DNA from: Candidatus Poribacteria bacterium
Lineage (GTDB): Bacteria; Poribacteria; WGA-4E; JAJDTR01
DNA: 64,000 nucleotides
Assembly (NCBI GenBank): GCA_028820655.1
Contig: JAPPIK010000014.1
Location: forward strand, 271,079 to 335,078
Direction of reading: 5' to 3'
Both the position numbers and the translations under genes were made by a program. The notes beneath the pieces are model-generated. The model had not been told where the DNA came from, did not search any database, and saw only the letters and a program-made list of their open reading frames with translations. Below are positions 32,605-42,651 of this stretch, piece by piece (position 1 is the stretch's first letter; every line of letters begins with the position of its first letter).

Positions 32605-33390
32605 TTGAAAATGATTCGTGTCTCTCATCTTACAAAGAAATACGGGACGAGCATCGCGGTTGATGATATTAGCTTCGAGGTTCCGGCAGGAGAGATTGTT
32701 GGATACTTGGGGCCCAACGGCGCGGGAAAAAGCACCACACTGAAGATGCTTGTCGGTTTGGTTGAACCGACCGCGGGCGACATATCAGTCGCCGGCTGCG
32801 ATGCTGCGACCGATTTGCTGGAACTCAAAAAACGCGTCGGATACGTTACCGAAAATGCGCAGTTATTTGAAAGCCTGACTTTGGCGGAGCATCTTCAGTT
32901 AATGGGGAGGCTCTACCATGTCGAAGAGTCGCTTATTCACAAGAAAATATTGGAGTTCGCCCGTCTTTTTGACATGGCTCCGAATACGAAACAGAAGATA
33001 AGCAGCTTTTCGCAAGGTATGCGCCAGAAGTTGCTGATCATGTCCGCGCTGCTGCACAATCCGGATGTTCTGTTATTTGACGAGCCCTTTACCAACTTGG
33101 ATGTGACGACAGTCACGCTCATGAAAACGATGTTACAGCGGCTCGCCGAGACTGGGAAGACGGTTCTGTACTGCACGCATATCCTTGAAGTGGCGGAAAC
33201 TCTGTGTCCCCGGATCATGATTATCAACAAGGGAAAACTGATTGCCGATGCCAGTGTTGAAGAACTACAAAAGATGACAAGTCAAACGGAGTTGGCTCAG
33301 ATCTTCGCGCAACTCACCGATACTGCCAGCGGAATTGATCAAAAAACCGAGGATGCGGTTCGGATTGTGATGGGAGGGGCAGATGCTTGA
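32605..33390 (+). CDS. ABC transporter ATP-binding protein (ABC-2/DrrA-like) inserted after nuoF
   Basis: Walker A 'GPNGAGKST', signature 'FSQGMRQKL', Walker B 'VLLFDEP', H-loop 'CTHIL'. Confidence 0.85.
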   Translation: MKMIRVSHLTKKYGTSIAVDDISFEVPAGEIVGYLGPNGAGKSTTLKMLVGLVEPTAGDISVAGCDAATDLLELKKRVGYVTENAQLFESLTLAEHLQLMGRLYHVEESLIHKKILEFARLFDMAPNTKQKISSFSQGMRQKLLIMSALLHNPDVLLFDEPFTNLDVTTVTLMKTMLQRLAETGKTVLYCTHILEVAETLCPRIMIINKGKLIADASVEELQKMTSQTELAQIFAQLTDTASGIDQKTEDAVRIVMGGADA

Positions 33391-35026
33391 TAAAATCGCA
33401 CAGATTTACGGGGTAGACCCGGCGCACTTCAAGCAACTTCTCAAATTGGATAAGACTGTGGCAAGCCGGGCAAAGGGTGACAAAAATGGGTCTGCCATTT
33501 TCTCGTATGGTTTGGTGTGCTGCTTCCATGTCATTTTGGGCCTTCCGGTCGCATTCATTCTGCTTTTTCGATTGTTAGATGCACCTGTAGATGGGTTCGA
33601 CTATGCGATTATTGGTCTATCGTACACAATGGTTATGACAGCGTTTTTGAGTTACTCGCGCCTCGAGTTTATTTTGAACCCGATTGACTATCTCGTCTTG
33701 GCGCATACACCGGTTTCGTCACGTACATTTTTCCTCGCGAAGTTGACAAGGCTGCTAGCGTCTACTGCAGTCATGTCGAGTTGTTTGAATCTGTTGCCGG
33801 CTATCACCGGGTATTGGACAGCGGAACGAAGCCCGTTATTTCCGGTTGTATATCTCGGCGTCTCCGTCATCGCCGGTTTTTTCAGCGTTGGTGTATTAAC
33901 GGTGATTACAGGCTATGTGACGAAACTACACACTTATGAAAAGTTGCGAAGTATTTCCAAGTATTCAGAATTGGCTTTTCCCGTTCTTTTTCCGTTTGTC
34001 TATCTCGTTGTTCCTCGTTTGTTGCCGGAACTAAAGATAGTTTCGGACAAGTTGATTCCGTTCCTTACCGCGTTTTATCTGCTCCCCAATAGTTGGTTTG
34101 CCGGGATGGTGGCGTTTGGACTGGGTGATGTACACTACCGTTTTCTAATTCTGACGGCGGTTGCAATTTTAGCTATGCTGCTGTTGGTGGTAGGTCCTCT
34201 TCGCAGCGTAGCAAAGGGTTACTCGAGATTCTTGACTTCTCTGTTGGAATCAAGGAAAACGCAGAAGCCCCAACTTAAACTGAGAGCATCGCTCGTTTCA
34301 CGCGTTTTTGAACGGCGAGAGACACGCGTGGGGGCTGACCTCGTTTTTGCATACTTGCGGCGCGATAGGCGAACGCAACTCCGAGTTTTCTCCGCAGTTG
34401 GTACTCCCGTCATTTTTCTCGCCATTTTGTTTCAAGACAATCCCGTTTGGGACTGGATTGGAAAACCCTTCACCATCTGGCTTGCCCTTGGCGTCTCCGC
34501 AATTTTCTTCTTTGGATGTTCAACTATGGTGAGTTCTTTCCTCGGCCAGATTCGGTACTCGGATCATTGGAAGGCAAAATGGATTTTTCAATGCGCTCCG
34601 TTAACAGTTCCGCACGCTTTATGGCGGGGCACGCTAGCGACCACCCTCATCTACATAGTTCTCCCTTATACTATACTGTTGTTGACATTGGCGACAATCT
34701 TTTGGCGAGGGCTTTGGGGAATGTTTTACCTATTGCCGGGATTAAGCGCCTTGCTCGTTTACGCCGTTTGTTACCCAAAACCGAATTCCGGGCTACCGCT
34801 TTCCGAGGAGTTTATTCAAAGCGGCTGGAATTTGGAGCAGCTTTGGCTCTTGATCCGGTTCATCTGCACTCAACTCATCTTCGGCGTCGTCCTGGCAATC
34901 CAATTTGTAATGTATAAGCTTGGCGTAGGGCTTTACATCGGGTGTTACGCCTTCATCGTTATCGGCGGAATTCTAATTTTCATCCATAACTTTAACAAAA
35001 AACAGTTGGGAGAGGTTCATGTATGA
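33383..35026 (+). CDS. Polytopic membrane protein, probable cognate ABC permease (uncharacterised family)
   Basis: ATG overlaps ATPase stop by 8 nt (translational coupling), gggagggg RBS; >=10 predicted TM segments; no recognised motif. Confidence 0.5.
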   Translation: MLDKIAQIYGVDPAHFKQLLKLDKTVASRAKGDKNGSAIFSYGLVCCFHVILGLPVAFILLFRLLDAPVDGFDYAIIGLSYTMVMTAFLSYSRLEFILNPIDYLVLAHTPVSSRTFFLAKLTRLLASTAVMSSCLNLLPAITGYWTAERSPLFPVVYLGVSVIAGFFSVGVLTVITGYVTKLHTYEKLRSISKYSELAFPVLFPFVYLVVPRLLPELKIVSDKLIPFLTAFYLLPNSWFAGMVAFGLGDVHYRFLILTAVAILAMLLLVVGPLRSVAKGYSRFLTSLLESRKTQKPQLKLRASLVSRVFERRETRVGADLVFAYLRRDRRTQLRVFSAVGTPVIFLAILFQDNPVWDWIGKPFTIWLALGVSAIFFFGCSTMVSSFLGQIRYSDHWKAKWIFQCAPLTVPHALWRGTLATTLIYIVLPYTILLLTLATIFWRGLWGMFYLLPGLSALLVYAVCYPKPNSGLPLSEEFIQSGWNLEQLWLLIRFICTQLIFGVVLAIQFVMYKLGVGLYIGCYAFIVIGGILIFIHNFNKKQLGEVHV

Positions 35027-35104
35027 GCCGCTCTCTTTCAGTTTTCGGTTTTGTGTTTGCACGCAGTACGCTTCATTCTCTTTGTCCGAGGTATTGAGGA
35101 AATC

Positions 35105-36775
35105 ATGGCACTCATCAAACTAAACGACCTTGAAGTTGAAGTACCGGACGGAATCAATGTTGTGGAAGCTGCGCGCATGCACGGCATCGAGGTGCCGCAT
35201 TACTGCTATCATCCGGGATTGAGCAGCCCGGCAAACTGCCGCATGTGCCTTGTAGAGCCTCACGTGTTTTTCCCGCCCGCCGGCAAGGTGGTGCCGGACC
35301 GCCAGTTGGCGACGGGGTGCACCGCCATGATTAGAACCGCGCCGCCCGACCGGAAACTTGATGGTAAATTTGACTACATCGTTCAGACAGACTCCCCGCG
35401 TGTCAAGAAGGCGCGTGAGGATATCCTTGAGTTTTTGCTGGTTCATCACCCCTTGGATTGTCCGGTGTGCGATCAGGCTGGCGAGTGCGACCTCCAGGAC
35501 TTCAGTTACCGACACGGGCATGACAAGAGCAGGTATGTCGAGGTCAAGAACGTTCCGCCCAAAAAGGATTTGGGGCCCGATGTTCTTCTTTATTCCACGC
35601 GCTGTATTGTCTGCACGCGCTGCATCCGATTTTGCGATGAAGTGGCGGGTTCCGGAGAGCTAGGACTAATTCAACGCGGCTCGCATGATGAGATTGACAT
35701 CCCACGCGCGCATGATGGAACGCCTCTGCAACTGTTGGACAACAAGCTAGCTGGCAATGTCGTGGATATCTGCCCGGTGGGAGCGCTGATTAGCAAAGAT
35801 TTCCTGTTCAAGTCCCGACCATGGTTCATGAAGAAGGTGAACAGCGTCTGTCCCGGATGCAGCGTGGGGTGTAACATCACGGTTGAATACAAAGAGGATG
35901 GCGTTTACCGCTTGAAACCGCGTTACCACGCGGACATCAACGAACACTGGATGTGCGACGACGGTCGTCTGGGTTACGAATACGTCAATAGCGAAGACCG
36001 GCTCCAAATTCCGATGAAACGAGAAAACGAGGAACTTACCGCGACCTCTTGGGAGGACGTGCTACAACTGATGGCGGACAGGCTGTCGGCAGCGGAAGCG
36101 GATTCTATCGTCGTCATAGGGTCGGCGCAGGGCACGAATGAGGAGAACTATCTCTTGAAGAAGCTGGCGCATGATGTTCTCAAAACGGATCGGATCGGTT
36201 TATTCGGGCGCAATGTGGGCGAGGAGCACAAGTTCCCGCAGTTCACGATTGAATCGGACAAGAACCCGAACACACGCGGCGCACGGGATATGCTGGGAGC
36301 ATTTACAAATGGGAATGGGACCGCTGCTGCCGTCATAGAGGGAGATAAACTCTGGGAGAGTTTATCCGATGCAAAGGTCGTATACCTCGTGAACGGCTCG
36401 CCGGAACGCCCTCTCACCGATGCGGAGAGAACTGCTTTAGAAAACGTGGATTTCCTCATTGTGCAGGATATCTTCCTGTCCGACGTTGCACAACTCGCGG
36501 ATGCGGTCTTGCCGAGTACAACCTTTACGGAAAAGGATGGCAGTTTTACCAATTCAGCGGGCTGGGTACAGCGCATCCACAAAGCCACGGATCCGCCCGG
36601 CGAAGCGCGCGTTGATTGGGAGATTATCCAGCAGGTAGCAAAGCGTTTAGCCGGGGAATTCGAGTATCATTTCGCAGGAGAAATTGCGGCAGAGATTGCC
36701 GCCACCGTGCCCGGTTATTCCGAGGCAACGCACCAGCAGATTGGGGATGGCGGCGTAAAACTTCGAGACGAATAA
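35105..36775 (+). CDS. nuoG: NADH-quinone oxidoreductase subunit G (75 kDa), short form
   Basis: N-terminal 2Fe-2S 'C..H.G.....NCRMCLVE', 4Fe-4S motifs 'HPLDCPVCDQAGECDLQD' and 'CI.CTRC..F'; start ATG 35105 after gaggaa. Confidence 0.9.
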   Translation: MALIKLNDLEVEVPDGINVVEAARMHGIEVPHYCYHPGLSSPANCRMCLVEPHVFFPPAGKVVPDRQLATGCTAMIRTAPPDRKLDGKFDYIVQTDSPRVKKAREDILEFLLVHHPLDCPVCDQAGECDLQDFSYRHGHDKSRYVEVKNVPPKKDLGPDVLLYSTRCIVCTRCIRFCDEVAGSGELGLIQRGSHDEIDIPRAHDGTPLQLLDNKLAGNVVDICPVGALISKDFLFKSRPWFMKKVNSVCPGCSVGCNITVEYKEDGVYRLKPRYHADINEHWMCDDGRLGYEYVNSEDRLQIPMKRENEELTATSWEDVLQLMADRLSAAEADSIVVIGSAQGTNEENYLLKKLAHDVLKTDRIGLFGRNVGEEHKFPQFTIESDKNPNTRGARDMLGAFTNGNGTAAAVIEGDKLWESLSDAKVVYLVNGSPERPLTDAERTALENVDFLIVQDIFLSDVAQLADAVLPSTTFTEKDGSFTNSAGWVQRIHKATDPPGEARVDWEIIQQVAKRLAGEFEYHFAGEIAAEIAATVPGYSEATHQQIGDGGVKLRDE

Positions 36776-36795
36776 TCTGCACCAAATAGGTATTT

Positions 36796-37980
36796 ATGGA
36801 ATTACCACTTCATGTTCTCATCATTAGTTCGCTAATCAAGATTCTCATCGTGGTCCATGTGCTACTGATTGGCGTCATGGCGATGATTCTGGCGGAACGA
36901 AAGGTTAGTGGCTGGATACAGGATCGGCATGGGCCGAACCGTGTCGGACCGTGGGGGATATTGCAGCCAATTGCCGACGGCATCAAATTTTTCTTGAAGG
37001 AGGATTTGATTCCCGACCATGTGGACAAACCGATATATGTGCTTGCTCCCGCGATACTCCTCGTACCGGCGCTCATCATTTGCGCGGTGGTACCCTTCGG
37101 GAGTTCGATCACGGTGGCCGGATATGAGATACCACTCCAGATTGCGGACATAAACATCGGTATTCTCTATGTTCTGGCGATTACTTCGTTAGGAGTCTAC
37201 GGGGTCGTTCTTGGCGCATGGGCATCGAATAACAAATACTCGCTGCTTGGCGGTTTGCGGTCTTCGGCGCAGATGATCAGCTATGAGCTAACGTTGGGAC
37301 TCGCCATTATAGGAGTGCTAATGTTGTCGGGTTCACTCAGCCTGCGAGAGATTGCCATTGCGCAAGGTGCCAATATCTGGAATTGGAACTTCCTGATTCA
37401 TCTTCCCGCATTTCTCGCTTTCACGACCGCCGCATTCGCGGAAACCAATCGCTTGCCTTTTGATCTCGCCGAAGCCGAACAGGAGCTTGTCGCCGGATAC
37501 CACACCGAATATAGCAGCATGAAGTTCGCCATGTATTTCATGGCGGAATACATGAACATGATTGTGGGTTCGGCTGTCGCCGTTACGCTATTTCTCGGCG
37601 GTTGGCACCTCTTCGGGTTGGAGAACCTGGGCGGTCCCTTCTGGAGCGGCGTGATTTCAATCGCAATCTTTTCCGCCAAGACCGCACTCTTCCTTTTTGT
37701 ATTCATCTGGGTTCGCTGGACGCTACCGCGTTTTCGATACGACCAGTTGATGAATCTGGGATGGAAATTCCTGCTGCCCGTCGCTCTCACTTCAATCGTT
37801 GTTACGGCGATAGTATGGATTGGAACGCAGTCGAAGCTGTTGGTGGGGGTGTGCAACGTCGTAGCCGCCTCTGTTGTTGTCGCAATCGTTGCAAGTACGT
37901 TGGCGATGCGCCGTGAACCGGAGCAGATTGAACGTCAGGAACCCAGCTTCATGAAAGGATCCTCGTCTGGAAGGACTTAG
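36796..37980 (+). CDS. nuoH: NADH-quinone oxidoreductase subunit H
   Basis: 'ERK..G..Q.R.GPNRVGP.G.LQP.ADG.K' signature; 394 aa with C-terminal extension. Confidence 0.95.
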   Translation: MELPLHVLIISSLIKILIVVHVLLIGVMAMILAERKVSGWIQDRHGPNRVGPWGILQPIADGIKFFLKEDLIPDHVDKPIYVLAPAILLVPALIICAVVPFGSSITVAGYEIPLQIADINIGILYVLAITSLGVYGVVLGAWASNNKYSLLGGLRSSAQMISYELTLGLAIIGVLMLSGSLSLREIAIAQGANIWNWNFLIHLPAFLAFTTAAFAETNRLPFDLAEAEQELVAGYHTEYSSMKFAMYFMAEYMNMIVGSAVAVTLFLGGWHLFGLENLGGPFWSGVISIAIFSAKTALFLFVFIWVRWTLPRFRYDQLMNLGWKFLLPVALTSIVVTAIVWIGTQSKLLVGVCNVVAASVVVAIVASTLAMRREPEQIERQEPSFMKGSSSGRT

Positions 37981-38016
37981 CGATGGGTCGCAGCAATATG
38001 CAGTGTAAGGAGAGAG

Positions 38017-38724
38017 ATGAACGCTGAACCTATTCTATTCATCGCATTCGGAGCACTCGCCCTCATAGGCGCGGTTGCTGTAATCGGATTCAAGAATCCG
38101 GTCTATAGCGCCATTGCCTTGATCGTCACATTTTTTGCGCAAGCGGGACTATTTATCTTGCTCGGCGCGCACTTTGTCGCCGCCGTTCAGGTCATCGTCT
38201 ATGCGGGCGCGATTATGGTGCTGTTTCTGTTCGTAATCATGCTGCTCAACCTAGGTAGCGTTGACGTGGATCGTCCAAAGGCTGGAATTGCAAAAGGCGC
38301 GGCGGTCATTTTGGGCATTGTATTCGCGCTTGAAGGTGTCTATATCGCCGTGAATGCCTCCAAAGGTACGGCTGTGGCGCGAGTGAAACGGGAAAGCGCT
38401 GTTGGCGGAGGGTCAATAAGCGCAATGCAACTTAAAGAATTGAACAAGATACAAGCGACCTATCAGCTAACACGCGATGAGATTGACACTGAATACGTCC
38501 CGAAGGTAGCAGCGGCAGACAAAACAGTGGAAGATCTGACAGCGGACGAGGCTCGGACGCTGATTCAAACACTTCAAGGCGAGATGGGTAAAACCGAACG
38601 AATCGGAACCGTATTGTTTAGCAAATTTCTTCTGCCTTTTGAAGTAACTTCGTTAATTCTCCTCGCTGCCCTGATTGGCGTTATTGCGCTAGTGAAACGG
38701 GAGGAACCGAAAGAGGTTTCCTAG
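38017..38724 (+). CDS. nuoJ: NADH-quinone oxidoreductase subunit J (long form)
   Basis: N-terminal three TM helices typical of NuoJ; ~60-aa soluble insert before last TM; directly follows nuoH (no nuoI). Confidence 0.85.
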   Translation: MNAEPILFIAFGALALIGAVAVIGFKNPVYSAIALIVTFFAQAGLFILLGAHFVAAVQVIVYAGAIMVLFLFVIMLLNLGSVDVDRPKAGIAKGAAVILGIVFALEGVYIAVNASKGTAVARVKRESAVGGGSISAMQLKELNKIQATYQLTRDEIDTEYVPKVAAADKTVEDLTADEARTLIQTLQGEMGKTERIGTVLFSKFLLPFEVTSLILLAALIGVIALVKREEPKEVS

Positions 38725-38754
38725 CCCCGACTAGAGATCGTCGAGGATTGAGAT

Positions 38755-39054
38755 ATGAGTTTGGAATGGTATCTAGCATTAAGCGCATTACTTTTTACCG
38801 TTGGCGTAATTGGAGTGTTGATCCGAAGGAATGCCATCATTATCTTCATGTGTATCGAGTTGATGCTCAACGCGGCGAACCTTGCCTTTGTGGCTATATC
38901 GCGTGAACTAGGGGATCCATCGGGACAGGTGTTCGTCTTCTTCGTGATGACCGTGGCGGCTGCAGAAGTGGCTATCGGGTTGGCGATCATTGTAAGTGTC
39001 TTTAAGCATCGCGAGACGGTGAATGTTGATGAGGTTGATTCGCTCAAGGGATAA
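38755..39054 (+). CDS. nuoK: NADH-quinone oxidoreductase subunit K
   Basis: 99 aa, three TM helices, conserved E in '[13 protein letters not shown]'. Confidence 0.9.
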   Translation: MSLEWYLALSALLFTVGVIGVLIRRNAIIIFMCIELMLNAANLAFVAISRELGDPSGQVFVFFVMTVAAAEVAIGLAIIVSVFKHRETVNVDEVDSLKG

Positions 39055-39078
39055 GCAGTCTCAACGTAAAGATTTGAT

Positions 39079-41082
39079 ATGTCCATAAACCTCATAGTTC
39101 TTCTTCTAATTTCCCCACTGATTGGGTTCCTCATCAACGGTCTGTTCGGTAAATGGTTGAGAAATGCCGAGAAGCTGAGTGGCGGGATTGCGTGCTTTGC
39201 CGTCCTGATCTCACTTATCTGCTCGGTTATCGTGTTTACCCACGTCAAAGACGGCGTCGAGTTAAACCAGAGGCTCTACGATTGGATTGCCTTTGAATCA
39301 TTTGGGTTCAGCAAAGCCGAACTAGGTTCTGCCGAGTCACCTACCCCCATATTCGAGTGGATTACCGGCAACTTTGCGTTCAACATCGGGTTTCACGTTG
39401 ATTCCCTTACCGCCGTGATGTTGCTGATTATTACGGGTATCGGATTTCTCATCCACGTCTACTCGATTGGTTATATGCACGGTGATGCCGGGTATACGCG
39501 GTACTTCGCCTATCTCAACCTCTTCGTGTTCGCGATGTTGATTCTAGTTTTGGCGGACAACTATCTAATGATGTTCGTCGGTTGGGAGGGCGTTGGACTG
39601 TGTTCATATTTGTTAATCGGTTTCTGGTACGAGAAAAAATCTGCAACCGACGCCGGCAAGAAAGCATTCATCGTTAACCGAATAGGTGATTTCGGCTTCC
39701 TGCTAGGGATGTTCACTTTGTTCGCTGCCTTCGGCACGTTGGACTTTATTCCGATTTTTGAGCAAGCCGAATTCTTTGAGCGTGCTGAATCAACCGGTTC
39801 CAACCTAGTCTTTGGGGGAAACACGCAATTTGGGGCAAGTACGCTAGCTGTTGCGACCTTGCTTCTCTTTGTCGGTGCGGTGGGAAAATCGGCGCAAATC
39901 CCGCTGTATGTCTGGCTGCCCGATGCGATGGAGGGCCCAACTCCGGTAAGCGCTCTCATTCACGCAGCTACAATGGTCACGGCGGGTGTCTATATGGTAG
40001 CGCGTTCCTCCGTGCTATTTGAAATTGCCGGCACGGGCGATGTGGTTGCGTGGATCGGCGTCCTCACGGCAGTCTTCGCCGCCATCATGGCGTTAGCTGC
40101 CAATGACATCAAGCGTGTGTTGGCGTATTCCACTGTGAGCCAACTCGGTTATATGTTCGTGGGCGTGGGAATCGGCGCCTATGCGTCCGGTATTTTTCAT
40201 CTAATGACGCACGCTTTCTTCAAGGGTTTGATGTTCCTGACGGCTGGCAGCGTGATGCACGCACTGTCCAACGAGCTTGACATGAGAAAAATGGGAGGCT
40301 TGCGGTCGAAACTTCCGATTACGCATGTGACGTTTCTCGTCGGGGCGCTCGCCATCTCAGGATTCCCGCTTCTGAGCGGTTTCTGGAGCAAAGATGAAAT
40401 TCTGCACAGCGCATGGGAGAAGGGGCATCCTATCATTTACGTGATAGGATTGGTGACGGCTTTTCTCACGGCATTCTACATGTTTCGCCTAATCTTCGGG
40501 ACATTTTACGGCAAATCCCGAGTTGATGCGAACGTTCATCCGCACGAGTCGCCGCCGGTTATGTGGGTGCCCCTGGCAATTCTCGCCATTCCGTCGGCGC
40601 TCATCGGTCTTGCCCTATTGAGTTGGAAGGGACATGACAGCGCGTTCCATCATTTCATCGGCGGTGCCTTTGTCCACCACGGCGAAAAAGCAGCCCATCA
40701 CGCAGACAATGTGCTGCTCTTCATGGCAATATCATCTATTGTGGGTATCGCGGGGATTGCTTTGGCTTGGGTGAAGTACCGCGATTGGACACCGCTAGAT
40801 CAACCGCGATCAGCAATTCACAAGCTGGCTGCGGAGAAGTTCTACGTAGATGAAATCTACAACGCTGTGATCGTTCAACCCATCAAGAATGCTTCCCAAT
40901 TCGTGCTGTGGCGAGGCGTGGATGTCTCAATTATTGACGGAATCGTGAACGGCGTCGCTTTTGTCGTGCGTACCGTGGGAGGCTCGCTGCGGCGGTTTCA
41001 GACGGGTGTTGTTCAGTCGTATATTGTATCAATGGTTATCGGCATCATCATTTTTTTGGCGTATTACCTGTTTATTCGATAG
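39079..41082 (+). CDS. nuoL: NADH-quinone oxidoreductase subunit L (antiporter-like, with long C-terminal helix)
   Basis: 667 aa; Mrp-antiporter-like core 'GWEGVGLCSYLLIGFW'. Confidence 0.95.
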   Translation: MSINLIVLLLISPLIGFLINGLFGKWLRNAEKLSGGIACFAVLISLICSVIVFTHVKDGVELNQRLYDWIAFESFGFSKAELGSAESPTPIFEWITGNFAFNIGFHVDSLTAVMLLIITGIGFLIHVYSIGYMHGDAGYTRYFAYLNLFVFAMLILVLADNYLMMFVGWEGVGLCSYLLIGFWYEKKSATDAGKKAFIVNRIGDFGFLLGMFTLFAAFGTLDFIPIFEQAEFFERAESTGSNLVFGGNTQFGASTLAVATLLLFVGAVGKSAQIPLYVWLPDAMEGPTPVSALIHAATMVTAGVYMVARSSVLFEIAGTGDVVAWIGVLTAVFAAIMALAANDIKRVLAYSTVSQLGYMFVGVGIGAYASGIFHLMTHAFFKGLMFLTAGSVMHALSNELDMRKMGGLRSKLPITHVTFLVGALAISGFPLLSGFWSKDEILHSAWEKGHPIIYVIGLVTAFLTAFYMFRLIFGTFYGKSRVDANVHPHESPPVMWVPLAILAIPSALIGLALLSWKGHDSAFHHFIGGAFVHHGEKAAHHADNVLLFMAISSIVGIAGIALAWVKYRDWTPLDQPRSAIHKLAAEKFYVDEIYNAVIVQPIKNASQFVLWRGVDVSIIDGIVNGVAFVVRTVGGSLRRFQTGVVQSYIVSMVIGIIIFLAYYLFIR

Positions 41083-41112
41083 GCTGACTAGACAGTTCTT
41101 CGGGGGTAAAGT

Positions 41113-42651
41113 TTGCTACTTTCAGCAGTTATCTTTCTGCCGCTCATCGGAGCGATAATCATCGCGCTGTTGAGAACGATCGTTGGCACATCGGCAATTA
41201 AAAGCATTGCCTTCGCAATTGCCTTGCTGACATTTGTCGTTTCGTTATCACTTTACACCGGATTCGACGAGACGACGCACTTCATGCAATTCAAGGTGCA
41301 AAAATCGTGGATTCCGGAGTTAGGCATTAGCTACCAGTTGGGAATCGACGGCATCTCATTATGGTTGGTTTTGTTGACGACCTTCTTGACTCCGATTTGT
41401 GTCTTGGCGGCTTGGGGATCGATTGAAAAAGGTACCAGCGGCTTCATGATTTCACTGCTGATGCTAGAGACAGGGATGCTGGGCGTATTCTGTGCACTCG
41501 ATCTATTCCTGTTCTTCGTATTCTGGGAGTCGATGCTCATTCCGATGTACCTGCTGATAGGAGTTTGGGGCGGCAAACGGCGAATTTACGCGACGGTCAA
41601 ATTCGTGCTCTATACGATGGCGGGCAGCGCGTTGATGCTTGTTGGAATCTTGTATCTCTATTTCCAGAATGACAACAGTTTTGACCTCATGACGTTGTAC
41701 GACAAAGCCGGATCTTTGGCGCATCAGCGTCTGCTGTTCCTCGGTTTCTTTATCGCATTTGCGATCAAGGTCCCACTATTCCCGTTTCATACTTGGCTTC
41801 CCGATGCGCACGTTGAGGCCCCAACGGTCGGCAGCGTGATTCTTGCGGGCGTGTTGCTCAAAATGGGAACCTACGGGATATTGCGATTCTGCATTCCACT
41901 TTTCCCCGAAGGCACGGTCGCTTTTACGCCGCTCATCTCCACGCTTGCGGTTATCGGCATCATCTATGGCGCTCTCGTTGCCATGGTGCAGCCCGACCTA
42001 AAAAAGTTGGTGGCATATTCGAGTGTCAGTCACCTCGGATTTGTCGTACTCGGGTTGTTTGCGCTGAACAGTCAAGGAGTACAGGGCGGAATCATTCAGA
42101 TGGTCAACCACGGGTTGAGCACGGGGGCGCTGTTCCTGCTTGTCGGTATGATTTATGAGCGTAGGCACACCCGCATGATTGCTGACTTCGGTGGATTGGC
42201 GAAGTGCATGCCTATCTTTGCCACGATATTCCTGATTGTTACCTTGTCATCAATCGGATTACCCGGGCTGAATGGTTTTGTCGGCGAATTCATGATTTTG
42301 CTCGGAAGCTTCATTTCAGGGGCTTTTTCCAAAGTGTATGCCGTGCTTGCCGCAACCGGTGTCATTCTCGCGGCTGTCTATATGCTGTGGATGTTCCAAC
42401 GCGTGATGTTTGGAAAGCTTGACAAACCGGAAAATCAGAGTTTGAAAGATTTGAATCTTCGGGAAGTTATCGTGCTACTTCCCATACTCCTGTTTATCGT
42501 GTGGATTGGCGTGTATCCCAAGCCGTTCCTGAGTCGGATAGAGAAATCCGTCAATCACGTTTTGAAAGAGCATACGAAGGTCATGGCGGCGATTACCGAT
42601 TCTCAAAACGCCGTGGTGGTAGATGCCGGATACGAAGAGGACCGTAAATAA
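41113..42651 (+). CDS. nuoM: NADH-quinone oxidoreductase subunit M
   Basis: 512 aa antiporter-like subunit; 'HTWLPDAHVEAPT' motif; TTG start. Confidence 0.95.
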   Translation: MLLSAVIFLPLIGAIIIALLRTIVGTSAIKSIAFAIALLTFVVSLSLYTGFDETTHFMQFKVQKSWIPELGISYQLGIDGISLWLVLLTTFLTPICVLAAWGSIEKGTSGFMISLLMLETGMLGVFCALDLFLFFVFWESMLIPMYLLIGVWGGKRRIYATVKFVLYTMAGSALMLVGILYLYFQNDNSFDLMTLYDKAGSLAHQRLLFLGFFIAFAIKVPLFPFHTWLPDAHVEAPTVGSVILAGVLLKMGTYGILRFCIPLFPEGTVAFTPLISTLAVIGIIYGALVAMVQPDLKKLVAYSSVSHLGFVVLGLFALNSQGVQGGIIQMVNHGLSTGALFLLVGMIYERRHTRMIADFGGLAKCMPIFATIFLIVTLSSIGLPGLNGFVGEFMILLGSFISGAFSKVYAVLAATGVILAAVYMLWMFQRVMFGKLDKPENQSLKDLNLREVIVLLPILLFIVWIGVYPKPFLSRIEKSVNHVLKEHTKVMAAITDSQNAVVVDAGYEEDRK

